Shown piece by piece: positions 1 to 10,616 of a stretch of 56,834 nt of DNA. Position 1 is the first letter of the stretch, and the number at the start of each line of letters is the position of its first letter. The DNA comes from Candidatus Zhuqueibacterota bacterium (GTDB lineage Bacteria > Zhuqueibacterota > Zhuqueibacteria > Thermofontimicrobiales > Thermofontimicrobiaceae). The DNA lies in the NCBI GenBank assembly GCA_016783825.1, contig JADHVV010000005.1:1-56834 (forward strand). The letters are read 5' to 3'. The notes under the pieces were generated by a model. That model was not told the origin of the DNA. It made no database searches and worked only from the letters and a program-made list of their open reading frames with translations. The position numbers and the translations under genes were made by a program.

Positions 1-167
1 ATATTGGCAGCGATTAGAGATAAACCGATAAGGGGCCAAACAAGTCCGCGACTTGCCAGAAAGAAATCCTCACTGGTTTCTTCTTTTCTGCTTTTGTACA
101 TGCTGACGCTGATAACAATGCCGAAGAATATTATAAACGTAGTAATATCGAGTAATCCTAATTGCAT
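1..167 (-). CDS. Sodium:solute symporter (SSS family), N-terminal part, runs off the window edge
   Basis: Not in the ORF track. Manual translation from ATG at 167: MQLGLLDITTFIIFFGIVISVSMYKSRKEETSEDFFLASRGLVWPLIGLSLIAAN, matching the SSS N-terminal 'DFFLAxR..W..G.S..A.N' pattern. Confidence 0.85.
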   Translation of the reverse strand, partial: MQLGLLDITTFIIFFGIVISVSMYKSRKEETSEDFFLASRGLVWPLIGLSLIAAN

Positions 168-256
168 TTTTTGTCCCTTTCTGTTTTGGGTTTAATTTTT
201 ATTTAGCATAGCGGATTTATTTTAGAACTATGCAAACAACAGCAAGACGCTATTTG

Positions 257-406
257 ACATGGCGACAAGGTGAGTGGGAGACAAGGTGAGAGGGAGAATT
301 TCAATCACGATATAAATTCTCTTTCTCCAATTCACCCTTTCTCCCACTCTCCCACTCTCACTCTCTCCCCTTCTCCATGTCTCCCACACACGCCATGCTC
401 CATGCG
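257..406. repeat. Nested tandem-unit palindrome (GGGAGA/TCTCCC arms inside CATGGCG/CGCCATG arms)
   Basis: Purine-rich left arm and complementary pyrimidine-rich right arm downstream of uxaC. Confidence 0.6.
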
Positions 407-407
407 A

Positions 408-1829
408 TCAAAGCTTATACGCCTGTTTCACCAAATCATAAGCCAGTGCCCTGCTCATAACCCGGGCTTCTTCCATATCAACAATATGACGAGTCACCAG
501 TCCGGCGAGAAAATTGCTATCTACACGGCGTGATAAATCATGCCTGGCTGGAATTGATGGGAAGGCGCGGGTATCATCGTTAAAGCCAACGGTGTTAAAT
601 ATGCCGGCTGTTTCCGTAACCATTTGTCGGTATCTGGTCATTCCTTCAATGGAGTCGTGAAACCACCAGGCAGGGCCTAACTTCATCGCAGGATAATGAC
701 CGGCTAACGGGGCTAATTCCCTGGTATAAGAATCTTCGTCTAAAGTAAAAACGATCAGGGTTAATCTCGGATCATTGCCATATTTATTTAATAAAGCGCG
801 CAAATTTCTTGTGTATTCTGTTTGTAAAGGAATGTCACATCCTTTGTCAGCGCCGAATTTATCAAAAACAGGTTGATTGTGATTCCGATATGATCCAGGG
901 TGAATTTGCATGACCAGCCCATCTTCAATGCTCAAACGAGCCATTTCCATTAAAATATTTCCGGTGAATTGCGCCTGATCCGCCCCATTTGTTTCACCTT
1001 TCAGCGCTTTTTGAAATAATTTATTTGCATCTGATTTTGTTAATTCAAAAGTATAAGGACTGGTTACTCCCTGGTCAGTGGAAACCGCGCCCATTGATTT
1101 AAAAAATTCTCTTCGATTTTCAAACGCTTTAATGAAATCATCATAAGAATTAATTTCAAAACCACATCTTTCGCTTAATAGGTCTATATTTTCTTTCCAC
1201 CCTTTAGCGGAGATGTTGACGACGCCATCCGGTCGGAAACAGGTAATTACCTTTCCTCCCCATCCGGAGTCTTTGATTGTTTTGTGGAATCGTAAATCAT
1301 CTTCTGCGCCTTCGGTTGTGGTAAGCGCTTCGATATTAAAACGATCGAACATGGCACGGGGTAAAAATTCCGGGGATTTCAGTTTTTCATCTATTTGATC
1401 ATAAATGGATTGTGCAGTCTCCCCGGATAATTTTTCCTTTATTCCAAAAACAGCAGAAAACACGTGGCTTAACCAGGCCCAGGTCGGCGTGCCATAAAAA
1501 AGGTAAAAATTATCGCCAAAAGTTTGCCAGATCTTTCGGAAATCAGTTTCCATAGGGCTGCCGTCCTTTGTTGGAATGCCCAGCGATTCCAGGCTAATGC
1601 CCTGTGAATAAAGCATCCGGAAAATGTAGTGATCCGGGATAAGTATTAATTCAGTCGGATTAGGAAAAGGCTTGTTGTCCGCTAATATTGATGGATCAAC
1701 GTGACCATGGGGACTGACGATTGGTAAGTCTTTTACACCCTCATACAATTCTCTGGCAATTTTGCGAATTGCCAGATCTGGGTCAAAGAATCTATTCTCA
1801 TTGACTACTAAGGTATTTGATTGTGACAA
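408..1829 (-). CDS. uxaC: Glucuronate (uronate) isomerase
   Basis: 473 aa; SPHGH metal motif, PDHY, AWWFHD, FNDDTRAF..RHD. Confidence 0.95.
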   Translation of the reverse strand: MSQSNTLVVNENRFFDPDLAIRKIARELYEGVKDLPIVSPHGHVDPSILADNKPFPNPTELILIPDHYIFRMLYSQGISLESLGIPTKDGSPMETDFRKIWQTFGDNFYLFYGTPTWAWLSHVFSAVFGIKEKLSGETAQSIYDQIDEKLKSPEFLPRAMFDRFNIEALTTTEGAEDDLRFHKTIKDSGWGGKVITCFRPDGVVNISAKGWKENIDLLSERCGFEINSYDDFIKAFENRREFFKSMGAVSTDQGVTSPYTFELTKSDANKLFQKALKGETNGADQAQFTGNILMEMARLSIEDGLVMQIHPGSYRNHNQPVFDKFGADKGCDIPLQTEYTRNLRALLNKYGNDPRLTLIVFTLDEDSYTRELAPLAGHYPAMKLGPAWWFHDSIEGMTRYRQMVTETAGIFNTVGFNDDTRAFPSIPARHDLSRRVDSNFLAGLVTRHIVDMEEARVMSRALAYDLVKQAYKL

Positions 1830-2005
1830 ATTTTTCCTCTTCTAACATTACTAATTCTGAACCACGAATCCGCCAAAAAGACGGCGGATCTACCTTCGGC
1901 AGATTTTTATTATGAATTGATTCGCCGAAGGAGAACTTTCAGTTTCACTAATTGATTTATTTTTTCTTCGTAAAATTAGTATAATTCGTGATTGTTGCTT
2001 TTTAT

Positions 2006-2170
2006 GTAAGAGATCAGTGAACGCCTTCCAATGTATCATTATTAATAATTAATTCCATGGTTGTCATGCCCGAATGTTTCTATCGGGCATCCAGTTCGTT
2101 ATCATACAATGGATTCCCGCTAAAAACGTGCGGGAATGACAAAGTCAGACGGACTTCAGTGAACTCTTAC
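2006..2170. mobile_element. MITE-like element carrying a GTCAT...ATGAC REP-like palindrome
   Basis: TIRs GTAAGAGATCAGTGAA / TTCAGTGAACTCTTAC; 8-bp flanking direct repeat CTTTTTAT / CTATTTAT; inner palindrome 2063-2140. Confidence 0.7.
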
Positions 2171-2190
2171 CTATTTATCAAGTGATCTAA

Positions 2191-3060
2191 TTAATTTTTT
2201 GAACTTAACCGTTCTTTTAAAAATGCCCTGAATTCTTTGGAAAATTCTTTTCGTTTCAAACCAAATTCAACAATAGTTTTTAAATAATCAATTTTACTTC
2301 CGATGTCGTATCTTTTACCTTCGATAGTATAGGAATAAATATTCTCTCTTTTGAGCAAAATTTTTAACGCATCGGTCAATTGTAGTTCATTATTCTTCCC
2401 TGGTTTGGTTTGTTCAAGCGCTTTGTATATTTCCGGTGTTAGGATATATCTACCGGCGATGGCTAAATTGGATGGGGCTTGCTTCACCGTTGGTTTTTCA
2501 ACAAGGTTGGATATTTCCATTATTCTGTCACTGATATTATTTCCACCAACAATACCATAACGGTTAACCTTTTCCTGGGGTACAACTTCAACGCCTAAAA
2601 TAGATTGTTGATATTGGTTATAAATATCAGCTAATTGCTGTGTCACCGGAATAATGGAATCGATCACTGTATCTCCCAGCAGTACGGCAAAAGGTTCATC
2701 GCCGGTATGAAGCCTGGCATGATAAATTGCATCACCTAAGCCTTTCATTTCTTTTTGACGAATGAAATGAATATTAGCCATATCCGAAATACGGCGGATC
2801 TCATTTAATACGCCGCCATTATTTTTATTTTCCAGCATATATTCAAGCTCAAAATTTCTATCAAAATGATCTTCAATGGCTCTTTTACCTTTTCCGGAAA
2901 TAATGAGAATATCTTCAATCCCTGAATCAACTGCCTCTTGAACAACATATTGTATTGTCGGTGTATCAATTATGGGCAGCATTTCTTTTGGTTGTGCTTT
3001 AGTTGCCGGTAAAAAACGGGTACCAATTCCTGCGGCTGGTATAACTGCTTTTTTTATCAT
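2191..3060 (-). CDS. galU: UTP-glucose-1-phosphate uridylyltransferase
   Basis: KAVIPAAGIGTRFLPATKAQPKEMLP, GLGDA, VEKP, ELQLTDA. Confidence 0.95.
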   Translation of the reverse strand: MIKKAVIPAAGIGTRFLPATKAQPKEMLPIIDTPTIQYVVQEAVDSGIEDILIISGKGKRAIEDHFDRNFELEYMLENKNNGGVLNEIRRISDMANIHFIRQKEMKGLGDAIYHARLHTGDEPFAVLLGDTVIDSIIPVTQQLADIYNQYQQSILGVEVVPQEKVNRYGIVGGNNISDRIMEISNLVEKPTVKQAPSNLAIAGRYILTPEIYKALEQTKPGKNNELQLTDALKILLKRENIYSYTIEGKRYDIGSKIDYLKTIVEFGLKRKEFSKEFRAFLKERLSSKN

Positions 3061-3074
3061 TTATTTATCACTCC

Positions 3075-4070
3075 TTACATAATATATGGTTTTATAACGC
3101 GCGCTTTTATCTTTTTTAACTCAACGATTAAATTTGTCAACATTTCATCATCTTTGTACGTGCCGATTATTGATCCTCCCGAACCGGTAAATTTTGCCGG
3201 AGCGCCACATTTTCTGGCAGTTTCGATTAATTCCATATTGCTCTTATTAATGTTCATTATTTCAGCCCGAAGATCAAAATTATTATTCATAATTTTATTT
3301 AACTTTTTATAATCCTTTTTCAAAATTGCTTTTTTGCCCTGCTCCGCACAGTCCGCAATTTGACGTAATTTATCAACAACAAACGAATCACCCTTTTCAA
3401 AACGGGTACGAATATCGTTCAAAACCTTGCCGGAAACTTTGCCTAACTCTATCTTGTATGCGATATAAAGATTGGGCAGTAATTTAGGATCAATCCGTTC
3501 ATATTTTCCGGTCTTATTTTCTTCTATGTATTGTTTATCAAAATCCATAAAAACGCATCCCTCGTACGCCTGAATCACACGATCCTGTAACCCGGCGCTG
3601 ATTCCCAATTCATCAATTTCGGCTGCAAGCACAACATTCGGTAAAATTTCCACAGGGATTTTGACATTGTAGAATTTCATCAACGCTTTCATCGTCGCAG
3701 TAATAATAGCGCTTGAGCCGGCTAATCCCACCTGTCTGGGGATTGAAGAATGATAACGAATGGTAAAATTTTTATTCACCAATTTAATTTCGTTTTCTTC
3801 ACAATAGTCGAGAAATTTCTTTATCGCAGCTTTAATCAAACGTTGACCACCATAATAGCCAAGCAGATTAACAGACTCTGCTAAATGGTACACACTTTTG
3901 TATTCATGGAGGTCCTCTTCAATCGGTTCAATATTTAATTCCGGTGTTTGATACAGGGTTACATGCGCGCCAAAATTCCGAACAATAATAGAAATGGTTT
4001 TTCCAAAATACCCATCCGAAGGATTACCCAATAATCCAGCCCTGGCATAAGCGCTTGATTCGATGATCAT
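3075..4070 (-). CDS. GHMP kinase, glucuronokinase-like
   Basis: YARAGLLGNPSDGYFGKTIS, IPRQVGLAGSSA, AGLQDRVIQ and KFTGSGG resemble plant glucuronokinase; adjacent to galU and uxaC. Confidence 0.8.
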   Translation of the reverse strand: MIIESSAYARAGLLGNPSDGYFGKTISIIVRNFGAHVTLYQTPELNIEPIEEDLHEYKSVYHLAESVNLLGYYGGQRLIKAAIKKFLDYCEENEIKLVNKNFTIRYHSSIPRQVGLAGSSAIITATMKALMKFYNVKIPVEILPNVVLAAEIDELGISAGLQDRVIQAYEGCVFMDFDKQYIEENKTGKYERIDPKLLPNLYIAYKIELGKVSGKVLNDIRTRFEKGDSFVVDKLRQIADCAEQGKKAILKKDYKKLNKIMNNNFDLRAEIMNINKSNMELIETARKCGAPAKFTGSGGSIIGTYKDDEMLTNLIVELKKIKARVIKPYIM

Positions 4071-4228
4071 TTATTTTCCTTTCTTATTATTAATGGGTGA
4101 AGTTCTTAATTTTTTGGTTGTTGGTAAAGCATATAATTTAAAAAAAATTATATAATTTGCAAGTCATTTTTTTATATGAATGCTAAACCTTTATTCGTCA
4201 ACTACCAATTAGTAAAGACAAAATAATG

Positions 4229-4375
4229 GACGACAAAATAATCCCGCCCCCCTCTTTTAATTATTTTGTCGTCTATCCCCGGAAAAAACTCGGGACAGGC
4301 ATTTTGTCTCTTTATTTTTTTGCTTGAAAACTAATAAATAATATTTGATGATAAAATTATAGATGACAGAATCAT
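4229..4375. repeat. Intergenic palindrome (GACAAAATAAT/ATTATTTTGTC family)
   Basis: GACGACAAAATAAT...ATTATTTTGTCGTC; related GGCAAAATGA/TCATTTTGCC hairpin near 45510-45545. Confidence 0.55.
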
Positions 4376-4378
4376 AAT

Positions 4379-5464
4379 TTAATGAAAATAGTCCAACCTT
4401 ACTCCTTCATCCACTTCAATTATAAATGGTTTTCCCCCAACATGTGATATTGCCTGTGCAACTTTTCCCGGATCATTCGGCGCACAAACAAACATGCAAC
4501 CACCGCCACCCGAACCATTTAGTTTTCCCCCGGTTGCTCCGGCATCGATAGCAGCATTTATCATTCTGTCCAGTTTTGGAGTTGAAATATAAAGCTTATC
4601 TCTAAGGATTGATTGGCAGTCACTTAAGAGTGATCCAACTACCTTTGTTTCAATATTATCCTGGTGAAATAATTTATATGCTTTTAGTGTAACTTCCCTG
4701 TTAGACAAAGCTCCCTCAACAAGGGCAATTTTATCTGCCGAAAGATGTTGTATTTTTGATTTTATTTCAGGAAATAAAGTTTTTTCAAGATTTATGTCCA
4801 CTCCATTGCTTTTAATATCTTTCAATATATCTAAAACACCATCCTTTACCCTGGCTAAAATTCCCGTCGTATCTTTTGGTTCTTCTGAATCTCCAAGAAC
4901 AAAACTTCCCAAATTTGATTTCAACTTTTCAACTTTTACCGGGTTTTTAAACTCAATGAATAAAACGCCTCCCAAACTGGTAGCATAATGATCCATCATT
5001 CCCCCCGGTTCATTGAATTCTATAACCTCAGCCCGATGAGCTAATTTTGCGATCTCCATTGGGTCATCTGCTCTGTAGTCTTCTGCAATTGTTAGTAAAA
5101 ATTTTATCCAGACAACAATTAGCGCGGACGAACTTGATGTCCCCGAGTTAATCGGAATTTTACCTCGAATCGTACAATCGTAACCCGACGGGATGTTTAC
5201 GTTTTCCCGTACCAGCACATTAAAAGCGCTTCGTAGGTAATCTCTTTCTTTGGTGTATTTCACAGTACCATCAAAGGAAAAACGATCTGTTTCATTTAAA
5301 TCAGGTAGATCAAATGTGAATTTTCTGTCGTTCCTTTTTGTGCCTTCAATTTCTATTCGCAGATTAATTGCGGCTGTAATGACTGGTAAATGTAAATAGT
5401 CCTGGTGTTCCCCAAAAAGGCAAATTCTGCCTGGCGCTGATGTTTTTAATTTTTGTATTTCCAC
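4379..5464 (-). CDS. Galactokinase-family GHMP sugar kinase
   Basis: APGRICLFGEHQDY, PINSGTSSSSA, GMMD, GSGGGG. Confidence 0.85.
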   Translation of the reverse strand: MEIQKLKTSAPGRICLFGEHQDYLHLPVITAAINLRIEIEGTKRNDRKFTFDLPDLNETDRFSFDGTVKYTKERDYLRSAFNVLVRENVNIPSGYDCTIRGKIPINSGTSSSSALIVVWIKFLLTIAEDYRADDPMEIAKLAHRAEVIEFNEPGGMMDHYATSLGGVLFIEFKNPVKVEKLKSNLGSFVLGDSEEPKDTTGILARVKDGVLDILKDIKSNGVDINLEKTLFPEIKSKIQHLSADKIALVEGALSNREVTLKAYKLFHQDNIETKVVGSLLSDCQSILRDKLYISTPKLDRMINAAIDAGATGGKLNGSGGGGCMFVCAPNDPGKVAQAISHVGGKPFIIEVDEGVRLDYFH

Positions 5465-5510
5465 TTAATTACCCTTTCGGTTATTTAGTATTTATCCTGA
5501 ATTATTCTTT

Positions 5511-5642
5511 CGCCACAAAGACACAAAGGCACAAAGTTTTAAAAAACAATGAATAAGAATATTATTCATAAATTATTAAAATAAAAATGAGTTTAAAATT
5601 TAATTAGCTTCTATCTTATTGTTTCTTCGTGTCTTGGTGGCA
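5511..5642. repeat. Tandem-unit palindrome (GCCACAAAGACACAAAG / CTTCGTGTCTTGGTGGC family)
   Basis: Same arms recur at about 26808-26957, 32927-32943 and 45616-45783. Confidence 0.7.
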
Positions 5643-5658
5643 AGAATTCATGAATAAT

Positions 5659-6861
5659 TCAGGTTATATCACCTTCATCAATCCTTCTCGAATGTTTATT
5701 CAACAAACTCGCTTTTTTTATTTTGTCAACTCCAAATTTATTTTGAACCATATCAATCACTTTATCAATTTTTTGCTGTTCCCTGTTTGATTCATCAAAA
5801 AAACCAAGTTGGTCGCCGCTTTCCGTATTTAGGTTGGACACGGCTACGCCAAGTAACCTGACATTTTTTCCTTTCCTGTCGAAATTGTGATATAAGTCCA
5901 TACAAACCGAGGCAATAATTTGAGATGAGTCGATAAGACTTTTGTAACTATGTGCCCGCGTAAAGGTGCTGAAATCTCCCAACCTGATCTTTAATGTAAT
6001 TGTTTTTCCCCTGAACTTTTTCTTTCTGAGAATTCGGCTGACATTATCTGATAGACTTCTAATAGATTCTTCAATTATCTTCTCATTTTCAACATCTTCA
6101 TAATACGTATTTTCCAGGCTGACAGATTTAACTTTGTGCCCTATCTCAACATCCCGATCATCGATGCCATTAGCTAAACTCCAAAAATGAAGTCCCACTT
6201 TGCCCATTCTTTTCACGATTGTTTCCCTGGGAATTTGAGCCAGTTTGCCAATGGTATCGATTCCTTTTGCTTTTAATTTCACTTCGGTTTTCTTTCCAAC
6301 ACCCCACATTTTTGAAATAGGCAAAGGTTTTAAAAATTCAATCACTTTCCCTTCTTCGACAACCACCAGTCCATCCGGTTTATCTAAATCTGATGCTATT
6401 TTCGCGACAAATTTAATAGGTGCCACGCCAACCGAAGCGGTCAATCCTGTTTGGCTTTTAATTCGTTGTTTGATTTTTTTAGCAATTTCAACAGGTTCGC
6501 CCAAAAGACGAATACAGCCGCTCACATCTAAAAAAGCCTCATCGATACTGATCGGTTCAACTTTAGGCGTGAATTCATAAAAAATTGAATGTATCTTTTT
6601 TGAAAATTCAACATATCGCTTCATACGAGGAAACGCATAGATTGCAGATGGACATCTCTTATAAGCCTGGGATATCGGCATGGCTGAATGGATGCCATAT
6701 TTCCGCGCCTCATAATTACATGTTGATACAACGCCCCTGCCTTTACCATCTTTAGGATCTGCCCCGACAACAACCGGTTTTCCGCGGTATTCCGGAAAAT
6801 CCAATTCTTCGATTGCGGCGAAGAATGCATCCATATCGATATGTAGGATTACTTTATTCAT
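5659..6861 (-). CDS. dinB: DNA polymerase IV
   Basis: HIDMDAFFA, CNYEARKYG, SIDEAFLD, KIASDLDKPDG. Confidence 0.95.
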   Translation of the reverse strand: MNKVILHIDMDAFFAAIEELDFPEYRGKPVVVGADPKDGKGRGVVSTCNYEARKYGIHSAMPISQAYKRCPSAIYAFPRMKRYVEFSKKIHSIFYEFTPKVEPISIDEAFLDVSGCIRLLGEPVEIAKKIKQRIKSQTGLTASVGVAPIKFVAKIASDLDKPDGLVVVEEGKVIEFLKPLPISKMWGVGKKTEVKLKAKGIDTIGKLAQIPRETIVKRMGKVGLHFWSLANGIDDRDVEIGHKVKSVSLENTYYEDVENEKIIEESIRSLSDNVSRILRKKKFRGKTITLKIRLGDFSTFTRAHSYKSLIDSSQIIASVCMDLYHNFDRKGKNVRLLGVAVSNLNTESGDQLGFFDESNREQQKIDKVIDMVQNKFGVDKIKKASLLNKHSRRIDEGDIT

Positions 6862-6886
6862 TTAAATAATTTTGACTCTAATTATT

Positions 6887-7705
6887 TTAACTTTTCTTAA
6901 CCAAAATGTATGAACGAACGCCATCGGTAAAAATTTTGAGCAAAATTTTCTCTATTTTCAGTATTCGACATCCATGATAAATGAGTAATGTTAAATTATC
7001 AAACACTTGCTGGTTCATTTGATTGAATTTTTGGGAGCGAAAGATTTTGTTCACAAATCTTCCAAATAGAAGAATAGCCGCAGGAATTTTTGCAGCATAT
7101 TTTACTTCTTTTTCCAATGTACCGGATTCGACTATCTTTAGCCCTGCTTTTTTTGCAAATTCGACTAATTGCTCAGGACGATATGCAGTGTGAAAATATC
7201 CGTCTTTATTGTCAAAGGACACACCGTATTGAGGCAACCTTCCTAATCCTATCCACTTCGGTCGATAGCGCTTATAATTGGGGGTTGTTAACAGAGCATA
7301 ACCATCATCTATTAATACGTGAGATATGCCTTTAAAAATTTCTATTGGATTTAAACAGTGTTCAAGCACTTCGCTGCATAAAACATTATCAAATGAGGAC
7401 TTTTTAAAGCATTGCAATTGTTCAGCATCAGCAACAACTAAATGTTGTATCTTTTTTTTACTCGTTTTTTTAAGAACATTAAAGCTAATATCAACACCAA
7501 AACGACTTCCCCCCTCATATTCATCCAAATACATGCCTTGGTTGCAGCCAATGTCGAGCAAAGAACCTTTAAAGTTATTTAAATAAGTGAGTATAAATTT
7601 TTTCCTTAATTTACCTCTTAGCGTTTTATAAACAATCTCTTCTTCGGGGTATTTTTCTCCGACTTCTTCATAAAATATTTTTAATTTTCTTTTTATTGTA
7701 TTCAT
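6887..7705 (-). CDS. Class I SAM-dependent methyltransferase
   Basis: LLDIGCNQG, FDNVLCSEVLEH, LTTPN. Confidence 0.85.
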   Translation of the reverse strand: MNTIKRKLKIFYEEVGEKYPEEEIVYKTLRGKLRKKFILTYLNNFKGSLLDIGCNQGMYLDEYEGGSRFGVDISFNVLKKTSKKKIQHLVVADAEQLQCFKKSSFDNVLCSEVLEHCLNPIEIFKGISHVLIDDGYALLTTPNYKRYRPKWIGLGRLPQYGVSFDNKDGYFHTAYRPEQLVEFAKKAGLKIVESGTLEKEVKYAAKIPAAILLFGRFVNKIFRSQKFNQMNQQVFDNLTLLIYHGCRILKIEKILLKIFTDGVRSYILVKKS

Positions 7706-7812
7706 CTAACTCTTATTCCTCTCAAATCAGTTGGCTGCTCATCCGTTGGTTTTTCCATTCAAATCTTCAATTTCACCTAGCGAACGTTTACACCAACAAA
7801 AATTTCATGATT

Positions 7813-9294
7813 TTAGAATTTCCACTTTATCTTTTTGATATATTGCTTTAGACTATTAATCTCGTTAGTTTCAAAAAATCCTGAAAAATATAGTAAAACG
7901 ATATAAGACAATAGTAACAGGATTTTTGTTAGGTAGACAAACGGAAGATTAATATAAGAATAAATCGAATAAATCACAGCACTGAATAATAATATTTTTA
8001 GTAATTTCCCAAATTCGTAATCAATTGGGTAATATTTTCGGGATAAAAAATAAATAAAAATTGCCATAAAAACAAATGAAATAATAGTAGAATAAGCAGC
8101 ACCCATGATATCAAACATTGGGATTAATATAAAATTTCCGATGATATTTACAACCGCGCCGCTGCCAGTTATTAATACTAACAGCTTTGTCTTTTCTTTC
8201 AAATAAATGCCAACCAAAAAATTCAAATATAAACCATAAGCAATATAAGCTAAAACAATGAATGGGACGATTACGGTGCTTCCCCAATATTGCTCACCAA
8301 AAATCGTTAATCCAAAAATACGTATTCGAACAATTTGGTTTATGTAAAAGGTGACAGCTAAAAATATAACACTGCAAATAAGGGAAAAATAGGTTAAAAT
8401 TTTTGAAAATATTTCTTTTGCATTCTCTTGTTTTGCAGTTGAAATAAAAAAAGGTATCCAGGCAAATTGAAAACCATTGATGAACATTTTCACTATCAAT
8501 CCCAGCTTATACCCGGCGCCATAATCTGCAGATGCTTCCATCCCAATAAATTCTTTTACAAATATTTTGTCGATTGAATTCATGAGAACCACGGACATTG
8601 TTGCTGGGATAAATGGAAGTCCGAACTGTAGCATTTTGTTCAGCAAGTTAAGTGATATTCCATGTTTCAGATGCTTCAAGGTGACGGGCAATAAAAATAA
8701 AAAGATCAATACTGAAGAAAAAATATTGGCTAAAAAGATACCTCTTACTCCCATTTGCCAACGTGCTACAAAAATAACATTAAAAATTAAATTCAATCCA
8801 ACATTCATAACGCTGAAAAATGCAAAACTTGCTGACTTTTCTTCGGCGCGCAGAATATTAAATGAGAGAAGAACAAGCGCATCAAATGTAAGGATGCCTA
8901 AACTAAAGACGATCAAATGGGAAAAGTCAACTGACTCGAACAGTAATTTAGCCACCGGGTTTTGAAAAATGAATAAAATTGCAGACAAAGTAATGGACGT
9001 GAAAATCGTGGAAAAGAAAGCAGTAGAGAAAAATCTATTTTTTTTCTCTTCATCAGGTTCCTGAATATAATATTGTAAGCAGGCAGTATTTAATCCATAA
9101 GAATAGATGATTGATGCAATCGCCAGAAATGCAAATAGTTGTGTCGCTATACCGTACTCAAACTTGTTTACATAATTAGTGTGAACAGGGAGTAAAAGGA
9201 TACTCAAAGATTTGGTAATAACATGCCCAACTCCGTAAATCGCCGAATGCCTGGTCAACTTTACTATTGATTTAATTTTAGATTCACCTGGCAT
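7813..9294 (-). CDS. Oligosaccharide flippase (Wzx/MOP family)
   Basis: Many TM helices, IYGVG..LLPV N-terminus; likely start is ATG at 9294 overlapping the upstream TAA (TAATG). Confidence 0.85.
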   Translation of the reverse strand: MPGESKIKSIVKLTRHSAIYGVGHVITKSLSILLLPVHTNYVNKFEYGIATQLFAFLAIASIIYSYGLNTACLQYYIQEPDEEKKNRFFSTAFFSTIFTSITLSAILFIFQNPVAKLLFESVDFSHLIVFSLGILTFDALVLLSFNILRAEEKSASFAFFSVMNVGLNLIFNVIFVARWQMGVRGIFLANIFSSVLIFLFLLPVTLKHLKHGISLNLLNKMLQFGLPFIPATMSVVLMNSIDKIFVKEFIGMEASADYGAGYKLGLIVKMFINGFQFAWIPFFISTAKQENAKEIFSKILTYFSLICSVIFLAVTFYINQIVRIRIFGLTIFGEQYWGSTVIVPFIVLAYIAYGLYLNFLVGIYLKEKTKLLVLITGSGAVVNIIGNFILIPMFDIMGAAYSTIISFVFMAIFIYFLSRKYYPIDYEFGKLLKILLFSAVIYSIYSYINLPFVYLTKILLLLSYIVLLYFSGFFETNEINSLKQYIKKIKWKF

Positions 9295-10610
9295 TATAAC
9301 GGCCATTCAATTGGAATTAATGGAAACATAGCTATTTGATAAGTGGATTTTTTGACTATTTTAGGATTTATTTTTTGTTCATTGAAAAAGACTTCCACCT
9401 GTTTATTTGCCGGAATTTTAAAACTAATTCCCTGGAAATCATCAATAGATGGGGAAAAAAAAGAGCTGAATTTATTGATCCCATTAATGTTAATAACATA
9501 CTTGCTATCCGTATCAGAATATTGCCAATCCAGGTTCTGATTTACGAGATTATATGTTAAGATTCGACTTGTTGTTCCAATCCAGACTCGCTCGGAAAAA
9601 AATAACTCCGCCAAGTCTCGAAATCTATCTACGACTGCTTTTCCCAATGGTAAATTATCATTTTTGTTTTTGCGATCGCCAAGATGGATGTACAGAATTA
9701 AATAACCGTGTTTTTCAAGTAACCGTTTTAATACTTTGTCGCTCAATAGATCAGAGAAATCGTCCTGCCAATCCAATCTCCCATTGCCAAATCTTTTAAA
9801 ACGGAATATGGGTGTACCATCTCTCAATTTTTCATTTTGAATAAGCGCATTTTGAAAATCAATTGGCTGCCAGGGAATAAAATGTTTGTGTGAAATTTTA
9901 TTATATCCATTATCAAGGAGTGATATAATCCCTTTAGTGACACTTTTACTTTTATTTTTAAAACCCTTGTAAAGAGGACTTCCCCAGTACGCTTCACTCC
10001 ATTTGCTTTTTCTGTTTTGCCCAACAATACCGGTTAAAGACAACTCACAATCCCAGTAAAATTTTATTCCGTATTCAGATAATAAATCCGAGTGATAATA
10101 AGGTGAAATGTTCTTTTCATTCAAATCTGAAGGTTCATTAAGAATTTCACCTTTACCCGATGAAAAAGCACCGATATTCTGTACACTTTCAACGCCGCCA
10201 TGATTTGTCCAAACCTTTAATTTCAAACCATATTTATCCAGTTCTTCAATTGCCTGAAGCGCCAATTTCCTGGAAAAATCCTGGGGGGAAGTAAAATTAC
10301 CATAACTATGAAGAACATCAATTATCCCCGCACGGATCAAATCACGAATCGCAGGGGCGTTTTTGGATTTTCTGCCTTTAAAATCTTTGAAATAAGAGAA
10401 TGCTGCATTCGCATTTCCCTCTTTGTCATACATCCAGAACGAATCGCCAACAGGCAGTGACAAGCCTCGTCCGAGAGCTGTTTTTTGATTTGAATTTAAA
10501 AATTTATGGATCGTTAAAAAATTATCCCATGATGTACTGTCAATGTCGCTGCAAATTGCTAAGGCAGCCTGAAAAGGATAGGGAAATTTTAAAAGCTCAA
10601 TATTGTTCAT
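9294..10610 (-). CDS. Hypothetical protein, possible polysaccharide deacetylase/GH57-like fold
   Basis: PYP..AALAICSDID, LHSYG and WTNHG motifs; polysaccharide-locus context. Confidence 0.5.
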   Translation of the reverse strand: MNNIELLKFPYPFQAALAICSDIDSTSWDNFLTIHKFLNSNQKTALGRGLSLPVGDSFWMYDKEGNANAAFSYFKDFKGRKSKNAPAIRDLIRAGIIDVLHSYGNFTSPQDFSRKLALQAIEELDKYGLKLKVWTNHGGVESVQNIGAFSSGKGEILNEPSDLNEKNISPYYHSDLLSEYGIKFYWDCELSLTGIVGQNRKSKWSEAYWGSPLYKGFKNKSKSVTKGIISLLDNGYNKISHKHFIPWQPIDFQNALIQNEKLRDGTPIFRFKRFGNGRLDWQDDFSDLLSDKVLKRLLEKHGYLILYIHLGDRKNKNDNLPLGKAVVDRFRDLAELFFSERVWIGTTSRILTYNLVNQNLDWQYSDTDSKYVININGINKFSSFFSPSIDDFQGISFKIPANKQVEVFFNEQKINPKIVKKSTYQIAMFPLIPIEWPL

Positions 10611-10616
10611 TTAAGA

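Noticed and set aside
4-195. 63-aa plus-strand ORF
   Set aside because: Antisense shadow of the SSS transporter start on the minus strand
270-533. 87-aa Ser/Pro-rich ORF
   Set aside because: Translation of a tandem-unit palindrome plus uxaC antisense
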